From: Setoptus koraiensis
Taxonomy: Eukaryota; Animalia; Arthropoda
Reading direction: 5' to 3'
NCBI GenBank assembly: GCA_048013815.1
Contig: CM106585.1
Location: 5,146,001 to 5,210,000 of the forward strand
Length of the DNA: 64,000 nt
Shown: positions 51,301 to 64,000 of the stretch, piece after piece
Position numbering within the stretch: the first letter of the stretch is position 1
How the letters are laid out: each line of letters begins with the position of its first letter
The notes under the pieces: model-generated
The model's input: only the letters and a program-made list of their open reading frames with translations
Database searches by the model: none
What the model was told of the DNA's origin: nothing
Program-made: the position numbers and the translations under genes

Positions 51301-54113
51301 TCGCAACAGAGCGAGCCAGATTAGAGGATACTCTCACTTCACACGCAATCATTCAATAAGATTAAGTGTAAGACGAAATTATATCATGTTGCCGGCGCAA
51401 ATAATTCCCACATTTAACACCCCGCAAGCGACGCCTGCCTGCCTGCCTGCAATCTAGTCCAATTCTGGCCGAATATGTCCGAATCTGACCAATTCTGGCC
51501 GAATCGGTTCGATTGCGTTCGATTGGATCGAGAGCGGGCGCTCGATCCGGAAGCGAGAGGTGTTGGCGTGTTTCGTGGCAGTGACGATACACACTTGATG
51601 ATGCACTCTTGATGATACACTCGCAGCAAGTTGATGGATAGCGCTTGCCTTGTCCGGCGTGTGTCGTCTCTCGAACAGGAACGGCACTTTTCGGCCGCAA
51701 CATCCTCGAGGTGACGCGACGCAATTAACGCCGACAGCGATCAAGAGAGAGTGGTCATTAAAAGAAGACCGGTGCCATATTTCACTCTGAGACAGCCGGC
51801 TAATAATGCGCGACGCTTGCGCTGGAGGAAGCGACCAGCAAAAACAATTCCGACGAGATGGCTTCGCATGGCTGATAATAGTTGAGCATTTCTCATTCGC
51901 TCGCTACATCCTCGCTCAGTCGCTCTGTCGCTGGATCTCACGAGAAGATGCGCTTTGGTCGTGTCATTAGCAGCTAGTATTTCAACACAGCCAGTGGCAG
52001 CAGCCTTGAGATTGAGTCGCCACAGAGTTACCGTAGAGGCACACGGGCAAAAGCGATGTTTATGGCGAGCCATAGTCACATGAGATTTTGATGACGAACA
52101 TGACCTTATAATATATGACATTAGCTCTTCATTGTGGCCCTTCTGCGCCGAGCCATTTGAGTAACGGACCGTTACTCAAATGGCTGTCAAACGGGCCAGA
52201 TTGCGCCACTTAGTCAGTCATTTTTGGTGCTGTTTGCGCCCAGATTGACTGACCGGTTAAGGTGCATGATAGCCAGCGATGGCCGGTGATAGCGATGGGA
52301 TCGTTTCGCCGGTTTTCTACACTACTTATTATTCACTTTCCATAGCTCTCTCCTTCCTGCAAAACAACTTTCTATCAAGTGTAAACACCGTCAATTGCTG
52401 TGCTAATGGCTCGCCGAAGCGCTGTGCGCATTTTCAAGATTCGCCACTCTGGCCGAACTTGCCTACACAAATTATCCGTCGCCGGACATTAGCATACATG
52501 TCTGCCGGCAGCAGCAAGCGACAACGAGCGACAACGCCGGGAGAGAGAGAGAGCATTCAAGAGAGCGATTGGTCACCCATGGCTGTTCGCAGGCAACGCC
52601 AACATGTCGCTCGAGCCGAGTCAATTGGCCAGCATCATCAATTATGTGTATGTATATAATTTTGACGTTTCGCTACATAGGGCCCTCAGAAGGAGTGCAC
52701 AACAGTGATACAGGCCGCCGGCTGGCAGCGTCGGCGCTGGCCAAACCGCTTATTTAAATACGGGGAAATGGACGCAAAGAAGTCACCAATTATCGAGACG
52801 CGCCTGACAGACCTGGGTGAAAATGGCCGACCGTGTCTCTCCGTGTCTTTGTGTGCCATTGTATGCGCTGCGTCGGCTTGCGCCGGCCAGTCGCGCCGGA
52901 ATCGCCGGCCGGCCGAGATTTTCAGGAAGGAACAAAAGAAGGAAGCGAGCCTTCGCAAGGCCTCGAGACTCTCGAGTCGCGAGCCTTCGAGCGCGCACAG
53001 GCGCGCACGGCTCCACCGGATTCCGGCCGCGCAGCCGATAAAAATAGTCGAGGCGCCGGCGAGCGAGCGACAATAGATCCGATATGTGGAGCGCCATTGC
53101 GTAATACATTGAATGTATAACATGGGAGCCGCGGCGCATATCTGGCGTGCATATTTAATTGCGCGGACATGCGAAGCCTACAGAATGAGACCTGTGTGTC
53201 TGACAGATATATTAGATATATTGGATATATTAGGCAAACACGACCGTGTCGATATTAACGGACGCCCGGCATCTGTTGTGGACGCGATGTAAATCATGAG
53301 CAATGCAACTAGCTAAATGGCTAAACTAGAGGCTCGCTATTGTCTTTGCGAGTCGGCCATTATGCACACGTCGGTGTATAATTGGTCGACGACTGACCGT
53401 CTAATTTGTATCGGTCGCTGTGTTCGCTTGCGCCGGCGCCTTCACTATTATCCATTGGCTGCCAATGGCTCGCTTGTGGATAATAGCGGCAGCCAGCCAG
53501 GCTAGCCGGGTGCCATTATGATGTGGGCCATCCATTGTTATGATGATATTATTAATATCATGTTGGGGGCAAGTCGACATTGCGTAAGCACTGTTGTTGT
53601 TGTTGGTGTGGCCAAATTTGCAAAGGTTGCAACGGTGCAGCAACGGGCAAATCTTGCCCGCTGCGTCCAGCATCGCAAACCAATTAATAGTCACTATTAA
53701 ATAGTGTGTGTCTCAAACGACGAGCTTGTCCGAATGATTTCATGCTGAATTATCGACAAGACGGCAGCAACGGCAGCGTCAGGCGAGCGGCCAGGGCAAA
53801 AATAGAAATCGGTTCGCTTCGCAAAGTCAAACAAGTACGACAGTTATTGTTGTAATGACGACACTGATTCCTCGCACCGGAACTAGTTACTGTGCTGCAC
53901 GATAAGCGGCGCCGATGTTGATTTTTGTGTGCAGCCATTGTGCTTATTAATATTAGAATATATATTTATGTTGACTAGTGGACAAGCCGGCGACCGTATG
54001 CGGCAATGACGACGATGATTAAGACTGATCAGCGTCAAAGAACAAAATGAAAAGAATGACGAAGATGATATGTTTGGCCATTGTTGCCGGCCGGCCGGCG
54101 GACCGGATGGCGG

Positions 54114-54153
54114 GCTCACTGGCGCTCACCTGTGCTCACCGGCGCTCACCTGC
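54114..54153. repeat. 10-bp tandem repeat x4 (GCTCACCTGY-like)
   Basis: gctcactggc gctcacctgt gctcaccggc gctcacctgc. Confidence 0.9.
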
Positions 54154-55293
54154 GCTCCAGTGGCCGGCTCGAGCTAGCCAATGATCAATGGGCAATACGT
54201 CAGCGGCGCGTCAGGCCAATGAAGATGCAAATAGTTGCTTATTATTTCAATCAAAATCAATCAGAGGAATTATTGCTATTACATCCGACGGCCGCTCGCA
54301 AAATAATGGCCGGCGCGTTGGCAGCCCGGACCGGCCACAATGGCCGTTGCGTGCCGGCCATTGTGGCCGACTCTGAATGGACTCTGACGCGGCCTGACGC
54401 GAGACGGGCCGCCGGAGCGGGCCAGAGAGCGGGCCGGAGATGAAGCGCGAAAGCGAGCGATGAAGCCAGAGAGCGAGCGATGAAGCGAGAGACGGAGAGC
54501 GAGATAAAGGGATAAAGAGAAGGATAAGTGAGGGAAGAAGGCAGCGATTAAGCAAACAGAGAGCGAGGGACAATTCGATTGAGCTATCAATCAATTTGTC
54601 GCATCATCACAACGCAGACTCCAAGATCAGCGCCGGCAGCCGCCAATTGGCCCGTTCCGATTGGAGGAACTGCGAACGGATAAATGCTGGCGCCGCCGCT
54701 GCTGCTGCTGTCGGCCAGAAGAGCGCTCCAGAAAGCGCAGTGGTCAATTGAATACGCAATAACGGAACAATAATGATAATAATAATAATAACGGAGTAAT
54801 AATAACTAATAGAGAGGATCGATGCAGCGGCGGCGGCGGCGCCAGCGCAAGATAGGAAGACGTTCATTGTCGTGCTTCTTGGATTTGCTTATAAAAGTCA
54901 TTGAACTCTCATTGTTGTTACCAAATTGCACACACACACACACTTAACAACGGCAGCAACAACAGCGGCAACAACAGCGGCAACAACAACTACAACAGCA
55001 ACTACAACACGGCCGACAAAGCCATTAGCCGTTGTTGGCCGAGATGTTATTGTTGTAACAAGGCCCGCACCACCACATATGGCAACTGGCGAATCTGTGG
55101 CAGTTAACAGGTAGTGGTCAGTGGAGGCGGAACAAGCCTATTTTAGCGGCAATAGAGACTGGCTATTAGTAGTGGTAATAGTTTATAAACTATAGCCACC
55201 ACAGTGAGTTTATGAGTGGCCCGATAGAGAGATAATTGTTAAACACCCGTTGCTGCGAGAACAATTTAAAAGAGAGCGCCCGACGAGCGGCCC

Positions 55294-55353
55294 GATGAGC
55301 CGGGCCGAAGCGAGATGAGCCGGGCCAAAGCGAGATGAGCCGGGCCGGAGCAA
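55294..55353. repeat. 20-bp tandem repeat x3 (GATGAGCCGGGCC...)
   Basis: Three near-identical units read directly. Confidence 0.9.
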
Positions 55354-57130
55354 GATGAAACGCCTCACCTGACGCCTTCACAAACGCACACACACACACA
55401 CACACACACACTGGACAATTGGCTAACGGCCGCATGCAAATGTATCCGTGGCCGCCGTGGCGCAGACAGTTTCCCGACACTCGCTGCAAATTGTTGACCA
55501 ACCGGCCCGCTGGCGAGCGAGCTCAATTAGGCCCGAATGCGGCCCAATGTGCCCAGTTGTCATGTCCGCTGTGCGCCCCGCACTGGCCAATGGTCAAGCA
55601 ACTCCGCAACTAGCATCAAATAGCCAATTAATGAGCGCCGCTCGGCAAGCCATTAATTGGCGCTCATTAAGTGGCCGCTGTCACCTAACTGGCACCATAA
55701 CAATAAAGCGACAATATAACTGCACCAGATATGCAAACCAGCGGCGGCTGAACCTGTTGCTGGCAACTGTTGATCATGATATTAGCCTGCGAACGTGAGC
55801 CACCCAAACATAGACATACGACGCCCGGCATATTAAGCAAAATTGTCTGGCATATTACGCAAAATTGTCCGGCTTGGACGGGCAATTTTGCAGCCGCCAG
55901 CGAGTTCCGCAATGCGCTGCGATCAGCGGTGTCCGCTTATCATCAGCGGCTGATCATCAGTGGTGCTGATGGCACCGATCACGTTTGGCCTACGCTGTTG
56001 GGGCCGGCTGACGGGCTCACTCATTCGCCGCGCTTGGCGGCCTCCCGAGCTCGTCGGCCGGCGGAGGCGCGATGCTGCGGCCCGAGTATGCAAAGCGTGC
56101 GAATATTCAACGAGCGGTCGCCGTCGGCCAACTTGGCCGGGCCAAGTGGCGAGCGAACAGTCGACCAGAGAGAAGCCACTCGTTTATTTGCGCAAACTGA
56201 GCCGTTTTGCACAAACAAACAAGTGGCTTCCTCTTGTTTTATTGCGCAAACGTGATAATTAGCAATTTAAGGTCCAGATGCTAATCAACATTCATGAGTG
56301 CGACGCAGAGAGATGAGTTATTTTATATTAATTCTGGCGTCGGTGGCCGCAGCGGCCGAAGCGCCGAAGCCGCAGCCGCAAAAAGTTGCTCTCGGCCGAT
56401 ACGTTGACAGTGGGGGCGGCCGGCCGGCCGGCTAGCGGCTTGCGACTGTGTGGCCAAAAATGAGCGTTTCAATCAGCGTTGGTCTATTTTTGGCGATGGT
56501 CGCTCTATGACATCATCATCGTCGTCGTGCACAAACAACAACTTACTTTCTCTCACTTGATAAAGATGAGCCAATCACGGTTGTGTGTTGTTAACACATG
56601 ACCGTTATCGCACACTTGTTGCCGCGGCACTTTCGGACACTGCCTGTCGGGCATGTTGCGGCTGTTGCGGCGGTTGCGGCTGTTGCGGCGGTTGCGGCGG
56701 TGGCGATGGGCCGGTGGTGGCCAAAATGGGCAATAATGTGGTCATACTTTGGCCATTAATAATAATGGGATCATCCCGCAGTGTGTGTGTGTGTCGGCGG
56801 TTGGCGCCATTTGTCGGCCCATTGCCGGGCCGGCGATAACATCATGAGGACAATATTATCATCATCATGATATCACAATATCATGTCATGTCATGATATT
56901 ATGTGCGCGCGAACGAGCGACGACAAATCGCATGCAGCGAACAGGCAGCGAAATTGATAGCACTGCCAATGAGATGCAACCGCCAGTGGCGAGCTGATTG
57001 ATATTCACGGCAACCCGAGACGGACAATTGACGGCGCACACCGACACACACACACACACATTAGCACGACACATATGGCCCGCTCACCTGACTTTGTGAG
57101 ACACACACACGGCTCACCTGAGATGGATCG

Positions 57131-57240
57131 CTCAGGTGAGACACATATGGCTCAGGTGAGACACACACGGCTCGGGTGAGACACATACGGCTCGGGTGAG
57201 ACACATACGGCTCAGGTGAGACACATACGGCTCAGGTGAG
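57131..57240. repeat. 20-bp tandem repeat x5.5 (CTCAGGTGAGACACATACGG)
   Basis: Six CTC(A/G)GGTGAG cores at exact 20-bp spacing. Confidence 0.95.
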
Positions 57241-57835
57241 TAGTAGAGTATGCGCACTGTGGCCGGTGTGTCATGACGATGGCATGTATGATTATGAATA
57301 TCAAGTCATCGGGCAAGTTCTCACAAAACGAACCACTAAAGGCCGGCTTTTATTTCAGCGCCGGGCACACAAAGGCCGGCCGAGGGATAAATAAATTGAA
57401 AACAGATTTGGACAGGTGTGCATTGGCCACAACAAATATGTATAACAACGGCGGCAACGAGAGGCCGTGTCTGACACACTTTTCGCCGTTGCGCATTACG
57501 CAAGATTGTTGTGTTTTGATTATTATGCGCTCTTGTTCTGTTATTACCGCCAGTTTTATTGTTGCCGTTGTTGTTGCCGTTGTTGTTGTTGTTGTTGGCC
57601 CGGCGCCGTGGTGATGCGGCCCCTCTCTCTATATATACGTATGCGTATATACAGAGAGAGGGCCGGCCGGCGACACACTCGCTGCAATGGAGAGCGCCGC
57701 AATGATCTTGATTGAGACATCATCAAAATACTAATCATCATTAAGAAGATTCTCTCGCTCTCTCACACTCTGAGCCCTTAATCTGGCCAGCCGCTCGCTT
57801 TCAATCATCTGTGTGTCGTCTCCATGGGCTGCTAT

Positions 57836-57889
57836 GCGCTGCCAATCTGGCCGACACTGCCAATCTGGCGGGCGCTGCCAATCTGCTAG
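57836..57889. repeat. 18-bp tandem repeat x3 containing GCCAATCTG
   Basis: gcgctgccaatctggccg acactgccaatctggcgg gcgctgccaatctgctag. Confidence 0.88.
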
Positions 57890-59004
57890 GCGCCGCAACA
57901 GGCTGCCAGACGGTGCAATTGTTCGCGAATTGCGACACACCGCGCCGGAGAACAACACTCGAGACAGAGAGACACTCGGAGCTGGATTAGCCGCTCGCCG
58001 GTCGGCCTGCAATGGATAGCCAGTTGGCCAGTTGCAAATAATGAGCTGGGAATAAGCCGTTCTCACGCGCTCACGTCATGATCGCATCAATTGCCAGCCA
58101 CGGCGGCGGCAAATTGAGATGCAACCCGCTCGACGACTGGCGGAAACAAAGAGAAAGTGCAAAAATAGATCAAGATCTAATTAGCGACACACACACACAC
58201 ACACACACATGTGAGCCGGCCGGCCGGCCGGCATGGCTGGCGAGGCGAGCGAGTCGCCGCCGCCGCCAGACAGTAGAGACACACATTACGTAATGTGTGT
58301 TATGCACAATAATTGTGTGATGTAACAAGGTGCGCGCAACAACTGGTTGTCGTCGTCGCCGTTGTTGCTGCTGTTGTTGTCGCCGCTGCTGCTGTTGCTG
58401 TCGCTGCTCATGTCGTTGTTGTCGCTGTCGTTGTTGTCGCTGTCGTTGTTGTCGCTGTTGCTGTTGTTGCTGCGACGGCGGTTACCTAATGTCGTCGTTA
58501 GCATATTTAGCAAGCAATATTTTGCTGCTTGCTCGTTCGCCTGCCAGCGACCAGCTAATAGCCGGCCGACACAAATCGCCCGCCATTAGCCGGCCCGTTT
58601 AACTGCTGCTGCTGGCTCCAATGCTTCTGTTGTTGGTGTTGTTGGCATCTAGTGCTTATGCGCTTGTTATGACGTAATCAGAGTAATTGAGATGATGCAC
58701 ACACACAATCATTAGGCGCAGCATGGGCACACAACTTGACAACAGGCTCTCTCTCTCTCTCTCTCGGTCTGTTTATGTTTATGCACTGAACTTTGCCAAG
58801 ATGATTTCCATCATAATGAGGATGGCACAAAAATTAAAACCGAGACCAACACTCAGGCTCGACCAGTCCGACGCAAAATGTCCGGCGACGGGCCGGCCCG
58901 GCCAGTCACATAGTCCGAGTGCAAGTGTGTGCCGTGTTTGTGCGCCGCATGACGACATTGTGCGGCCGCAATACGAGAACTAACACGCCGGCCAGTCGGA
59001 TAAG

Positions 59005-59068
59005 GCACCAATCCGCTAATGCGCCAATCGGATAATGCGCCAATCGGCTGACGCACCAATCGACTGAT
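59005..59068. repeat. 16-bp tandem repeat x4 containing CCAATC
   Basis: gcaccaatccgctaat gcgccaatcggataat gcgccaatcggctgac gcaccaatcgactgat. Confidence 0.88.
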
Positions 59069-60560
59069 GCACCCAGTGAGCCAGCCAATAGACTCTATTG
59101 AATGGAGCGGAGATGAGCGAGCCGGGCACAGTTTGCCGCCGACCGGGCGCGACGGCGGCCGGCCCGAGACAGCGACGGCCATCCGGCCGCGAGACGGCGA
59201 TCGCGGCTCAGTTAATCATATTCTGCCTCTAATGATATTGTTACCATTAATGCCGGTATTATTGTGTGCCGCAATCATTATGGAGCAACATGTCCGTTTG
59301 TGATGTTTCCTCATTGCATGTGACAACAGCGCCGACAACTGGCTCGAGTCGGGAGTCGCGAGTCTCGAGTCGCGGTCTCGAGTCGCGAGACGCGAGACGG
59401 AGCGCAGACAAGCGCAGAAATTATCCGCAGACGACTGTCGGCAGTCTGAAGTTTGGACGACTCTTCGGACTCGTCGGACCCGTCGGACTCGTCGGACTCT
59501 CCGGACGGCCTAAAGAGTCCGAAGAGTGTGCCTGTCCGCCGACGATGACACCGCAATCCAACAGGAAGGATCCGTGATGCCTGTCAAACCGTCGTCCGTC
59601 ATCCATGTGAGATATGAGCCGCTGTGTGTGTGTCAACATACTTGACACAACTACCTGTTGCTCGGCTCTGTATGTCGGGCCGGCATATTGGCTCTGTCGG
59701 ACTTTTATTGCCGGCTGTCGTGTGTTTGTGTCAGTGTGGTCGTCTTGTTCATATGTTGCTGTTTACATGTTAACAGTTGGCCCGGCGAAAGTGCCAACGA
59801 CGGGCCAGCGACAGGCGCCAGCAGCGGTCAGCAGTGGTCAGTTGCCGGAATGGTCAGTTGCATGAATGGTCAGCGCCGGTGCGCACTTTTGGCGAGCGAT
59901 CACAACTGAGGCGACCATTAGGCCAATTTGGCGCAATATGCGCTCATGCGCTCTGTCACTCTGGCTCACCTGTGCAGTCGCATTACGCAATTGCTTGCCG
60001 CATGTCGCTGCTCACAACGGCGATATTGTTCATTTAAAGAGATATCGGCCATACCGAGTTGGCAGCTATCACAATATTTGCGCCGCTGACAGCGCGCGAG
60101 CGTCCAAACGCCAATACGTATGTTGTGGCAATATGAATTGGTTCGCATATTTCAGTCGCACTGTCCTAGTGCCAGCGTTCACCTGTGTGAACTGTCTCAC
60201 CCGAGCGTTGTGTTTGCACTGGGCACAACTTTGGCGCAATATGCGTACTGACACATGAGTACACATATACATTACATAACATATTGCACAGGCCACAGGC
60301 CGCAAGAGGGCACGACGGCCGGCGCAATTGTGTCGGGCGGCGCGGGTCAGCCACATTATGCAGCTATATTAGCGCATGCGGCATAAAGGGGAGAGTGGCG
60401 ATTTTGTGGCAAGACGATGGCAGCTTGCACAATGGCTTCGTGTGTCGCCGCTGCACAATGGGAGGGATTGGTCACTCACTAGGAGGTGAGATAACGGTGC
60501 GTGCGTCGCTATGGGAGTGATCTCTCTCTGTACCTGTTCGCTCGGCGTTTGGCTATTCTA

Positions 60561-60640
60561 TTATCTCTGTGAATCTCTGCGAGTCTCCGTGAATCTCTGC
60601 GAATCTCCATGAATCTCTGCGAATCTCCGTGAATCTCCGC
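60561..60640. repeat. 10-bp tandem repeat x8 with a 20-bp higher-order alternation
   Basis: Units alternate GAATCTCTGC and GA(A/G)TCTCC(G/A)T. Confidence 0.9.
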
Positions 60641-63600
60641 GAACAGAACCCCTGTGACTCACAGAATCGTAGTGTGAGTCGAACATAGTGCGGATATTCA
60701 CCCGTGAATATCCACGCTCGGCCATTCGAGCGAGATTTGCGCCTGAGAGTCTCAGGCTGAGACGAGACGTCAAGACCTTTACAGAGCAGAGCAGAGCCGA
60801 GCCAGGCCACTGGCCACTGGCGGGCTCAATCGAAAGCGAAATCACTGTTTGCAGCCAACAACAACAAGTGGTCGTGGCTTCTGTCTCTCAGTGCGCCAGT
60901 GTATGTGTGCTGTCATGGTTGTATGCCATTTCCATATACACTCACCTGTGTGTATGGGCCTTGCCATACAAGCAAAAGAATCCGTGAGAATAGCTTGAGA
61001 GGCTTGCGTGAGGAGGATATAGATACTGGTACGAGGGCAGCAGCAGCAGCAGCAGTGCAGCAGTAGAAGCAGCGGCGACGTTCGAGCGAGCCAGCAAGTG
61101 GCCATAATTTCCTCTTTTCATAAGACCACCGCCGCATGTAGCCGAATAAAGGTTGTACTTGGCCAGCCAGCAAATTGATTGAGTTTGACAGAAGCATCAA
61201 TGTTACATAATCAACATGATCAATAAGATTATAATCTGATCGCTGATTGATTTCTGTTGCTGCCAACCAGTTGCGACCAGTTGATATCGGTGCCCGGCCA
61301 GTTGTATGCGAGCGAGCAGTTGCGCAACAGACAACCACTTGCACACACACACACACGCACACACACACACGCACACACACACACGCACACCGACACACAC
61401 ACACACACACACCAGAATCGTAGTAGACGAGAACACACCAGACGAGACGGCAGAGTGGCAGTCGTTCAATCAACAACAATACCCAGTAGCGGCCAGCATC
61501 AATTGTTGTCATCATCTATCCATCAACTTTCCATTTAATTTAGCTTCACTTCGGCGACCGGCTTCGCTTCGAAAACCGCAATTAAACCATATATGCGATA
61601 TATATATATATATACGATATATATACGAACGGCGAGTCAACGAATCAACGACGAAAGTGAAACGATCCTGATCATGATCAGACGATCACATTTAGCAACA
61701 AGCAGTCGACCAATCGAGCAAACACAATAGTTGCAGTAGCTGTAGTAGTACCAACAAAACTGATGCCACTCTGCCTCGGGTCACTCGTAATCCAAACAAC
61801 AACAACAGCAACCGTTTGACCACTCTACTTATTGGCCATATCAATCATCGGGCATCATTCACTGACCACGCCAGTGAATGACCAGCCAGTCAGCCAAGCA
61901 TTCAGTTTGTGAGCGAGTTACAGCGAGACAGCAATAGAAAGTTTTGAGAAAATATTATTGCTATTGCTATTACTATTATCATCATTATCTAATTTGAAAT
62001 CAAAACTAGAAAAAGAATTGGTGTCAAAATCATCATAACACAACACAACAATCGCTGCTTGCACAATCACATACTCGCAACTTGTGGGAGTCACCATCAA
62101 CAAGATTAACATTATCGGCAGCAAGAGCTCAATCCAATTATCGTGGTCGCATTATTTATATAAATCTTATCACACACAATCAGTGTATTGAAAATTAGCT
62201 AAAGGATTATAATTATCATTATCTCTCGTCTAGACGCATCGCACCATTAACACAACACTATTAACGTGAATCAGCAGCACCACACAAAGATCCATATCTC
62301 GGCATCGTTGCCGGCATATCGCAGCTCGATACGTGCCTCGCCACATATTATAGAGGCTTCTCTGCGAAGAGCAAGCCGGGAATAGAGAGCGAGAGAAAGT
62401 GTTGATACCTTTTTGGCATCTCCACACTGCTGATAGCTACCATTCGCTATCGCAACCATATATCCGATTTAAGATAAGCGCCGGTGGTGCTCTTCCTCCT
62501 CGCATCTCGCACTTGCTCCACATCCAGTGGCCGACAGGCGCCAACAACAACAACAGCAGCAGCAACAACAACAACAGCAGAAGCAACAACAACAACAGCA
62601 GCAACAGCAACAACAACAACAAGTGCAACACAAACAGTCAGACAGTTATAAAAGAAGAATAGACAGTTGTTAAGTGGCAGCCTCACTGACAGTTAGACAG
62701 CCACAGACAGGCGAACGGACAGACACAGGTGAGACGGATGAACGACGGACGCACCAGAGGCATATAGGAACTGATATACAAACAAGGAGAGAATTGACCA
62801 GATTATCTCCCCGTTATAACTCATTGTGGTGGCCAATCGCGGCTCGCATCAGTCAGCTTGATAGTGTTGGCGCCCAATGTGTAGCAGCGCATTATATAAC
62901 ATATAACATTAGCGGCTTGAGCAGCATCTTTTTAGCATCTCGTTTAGTCGGTTGGATTGTTCAACACCGTTATTATTAGCGGTAGCAGCGATAACAACAA
63001 CAACAACGACACCATCTCAACAGCAAGTGCAGTAGCAATGCGAGGCGCTCACAGTACCCTGGAGCAGGCAAGCACAACACTTAGTTGGTATCATTTTTCC
63101 ATTTTGAGATTAGCCATCAACAGCAGCATCAGCAGCACAACCATCGACAACAACAGCAGCAACAACAACAACCAACAATCAACAAAATCAACAGCATCCA
63201 TCGGCCGCTAGCCAGCAGACAGTCGCTTGACCATCACACCATATTCACGCATTCAAGAACTCCTACTCACAGGTAAACGATCAATGAACCAGCGGCAAAA
63301 ATAGAAAACGCGAAACGAGCAACGCGAATTGTTACGTCACAAGGTGGCACAACGCAACACAAGGCAACACAAACGTACATTGCATAGACGCTGTTGCCCA
63401 GATTAGATAGTGAAGAGCGTGAGAGTAGTGACAGAATCAATCAATCAATTGCTCACTCAACAATCATTGCCATTAGAGATGTGATCATCTCGTGTCAATC
63501 CCATCACCACACACGATTAAGCACACACAAGATTAAATCACTGACCACTCGCCACTCGACACTGACCGAATCCTCGCCATCGTCACTACTGGCCATTATG

Positions 63601-64000
63601 CAGTCGGCTGCCAAACGTTCCAGTGGCCCTATTATAGACGCTTCGAGCATGCACAATTCGCTTCGAAAGCCCCAAAATAGAAATAACAGTGCGCTAATTG
63701 TTAATAAACACAATCCAGCGGCTCAACGCGACAGCAACAACAACAGCAGCAACAACAACAATTCACAACGACACAAGCGGCCGAGTCGGCAGCAGAGAGC
63801 AGAACAGAGCGGCCGAAAGTCGCCAATAAGCAAGAACAAGATGAATAATTCACACAGCCAGTGCCAAAGAATCAAGATCGCAATGACATTAGACGAAGAG
63901 ACACAAGAAAACAATTATGCAAATTGCCACCTAGATTGCGGTGCGCACAACAAGCAGCAACAGAACAAACAAAGTTACAACGACAACAAGTGTCAGCATC

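Noticed and set aside
52705-53076. 123-aa ORF with some protein-like stretches
   Set aside because: Starts at a GTG, several overlapping frames are open because of high GC, and no domain is recognisable.
57131-57240. Regularly spaced repeats resembling a CRISPR array
   Set aside because: No unique spacers, eukaryotic context and no cas genes.
58286-63914. Many 60-200 aa ORFs with poly-N/S/C/V/L or HT/CV runs (also 20546-20954 and 31206-32081)
   Set aside because: Translations of (CA)n, (CAA)n and (CAG)n microsatellites, which lack stops in several frames.

Overview
Eukaryotic, intron-poor arthropod DNA. The acetylcholinesterase sequence and gene style suggest an acariform mite, possibly eriophyoid; this is inference only. 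From left to right: (1) a two-exon gene for an 82-aa secreted cationic peptide; (2) a very unusual acetylcholinesterase on the minus strand. It has a ~865-aa N-terminal extension, two large loops in the catalytic domain, a C-terminal transmembrane helix, and a TGA-CAATTA stop followed by 162 more in-frame codons (candidate programmed readthrough). (3) About 11 kb without recognisable coding sequence. (4) A mitochondrial-type SerRS lacking its N-terminal arm, FIGNL1, and a histone-H1-tail-like basic protein. (5) A MITE next to an 8.9-kb palindrome (28683-37575) carrying two head-to-head, highly diverged class VI-like POU genes; arm identity is a mosaic from ~99.6% to near-saturated, which suggests gene conversion. 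(6) HIBADH, HAP40/F8A1, menin and GCN5/PCAF. (7) About 17 kb of GGCC-rich non-coding DNA with many short motif arrays. No rRNA, tRNA, CRISPR array or intact transposase was recognised. All alignments and counts were done by eye.
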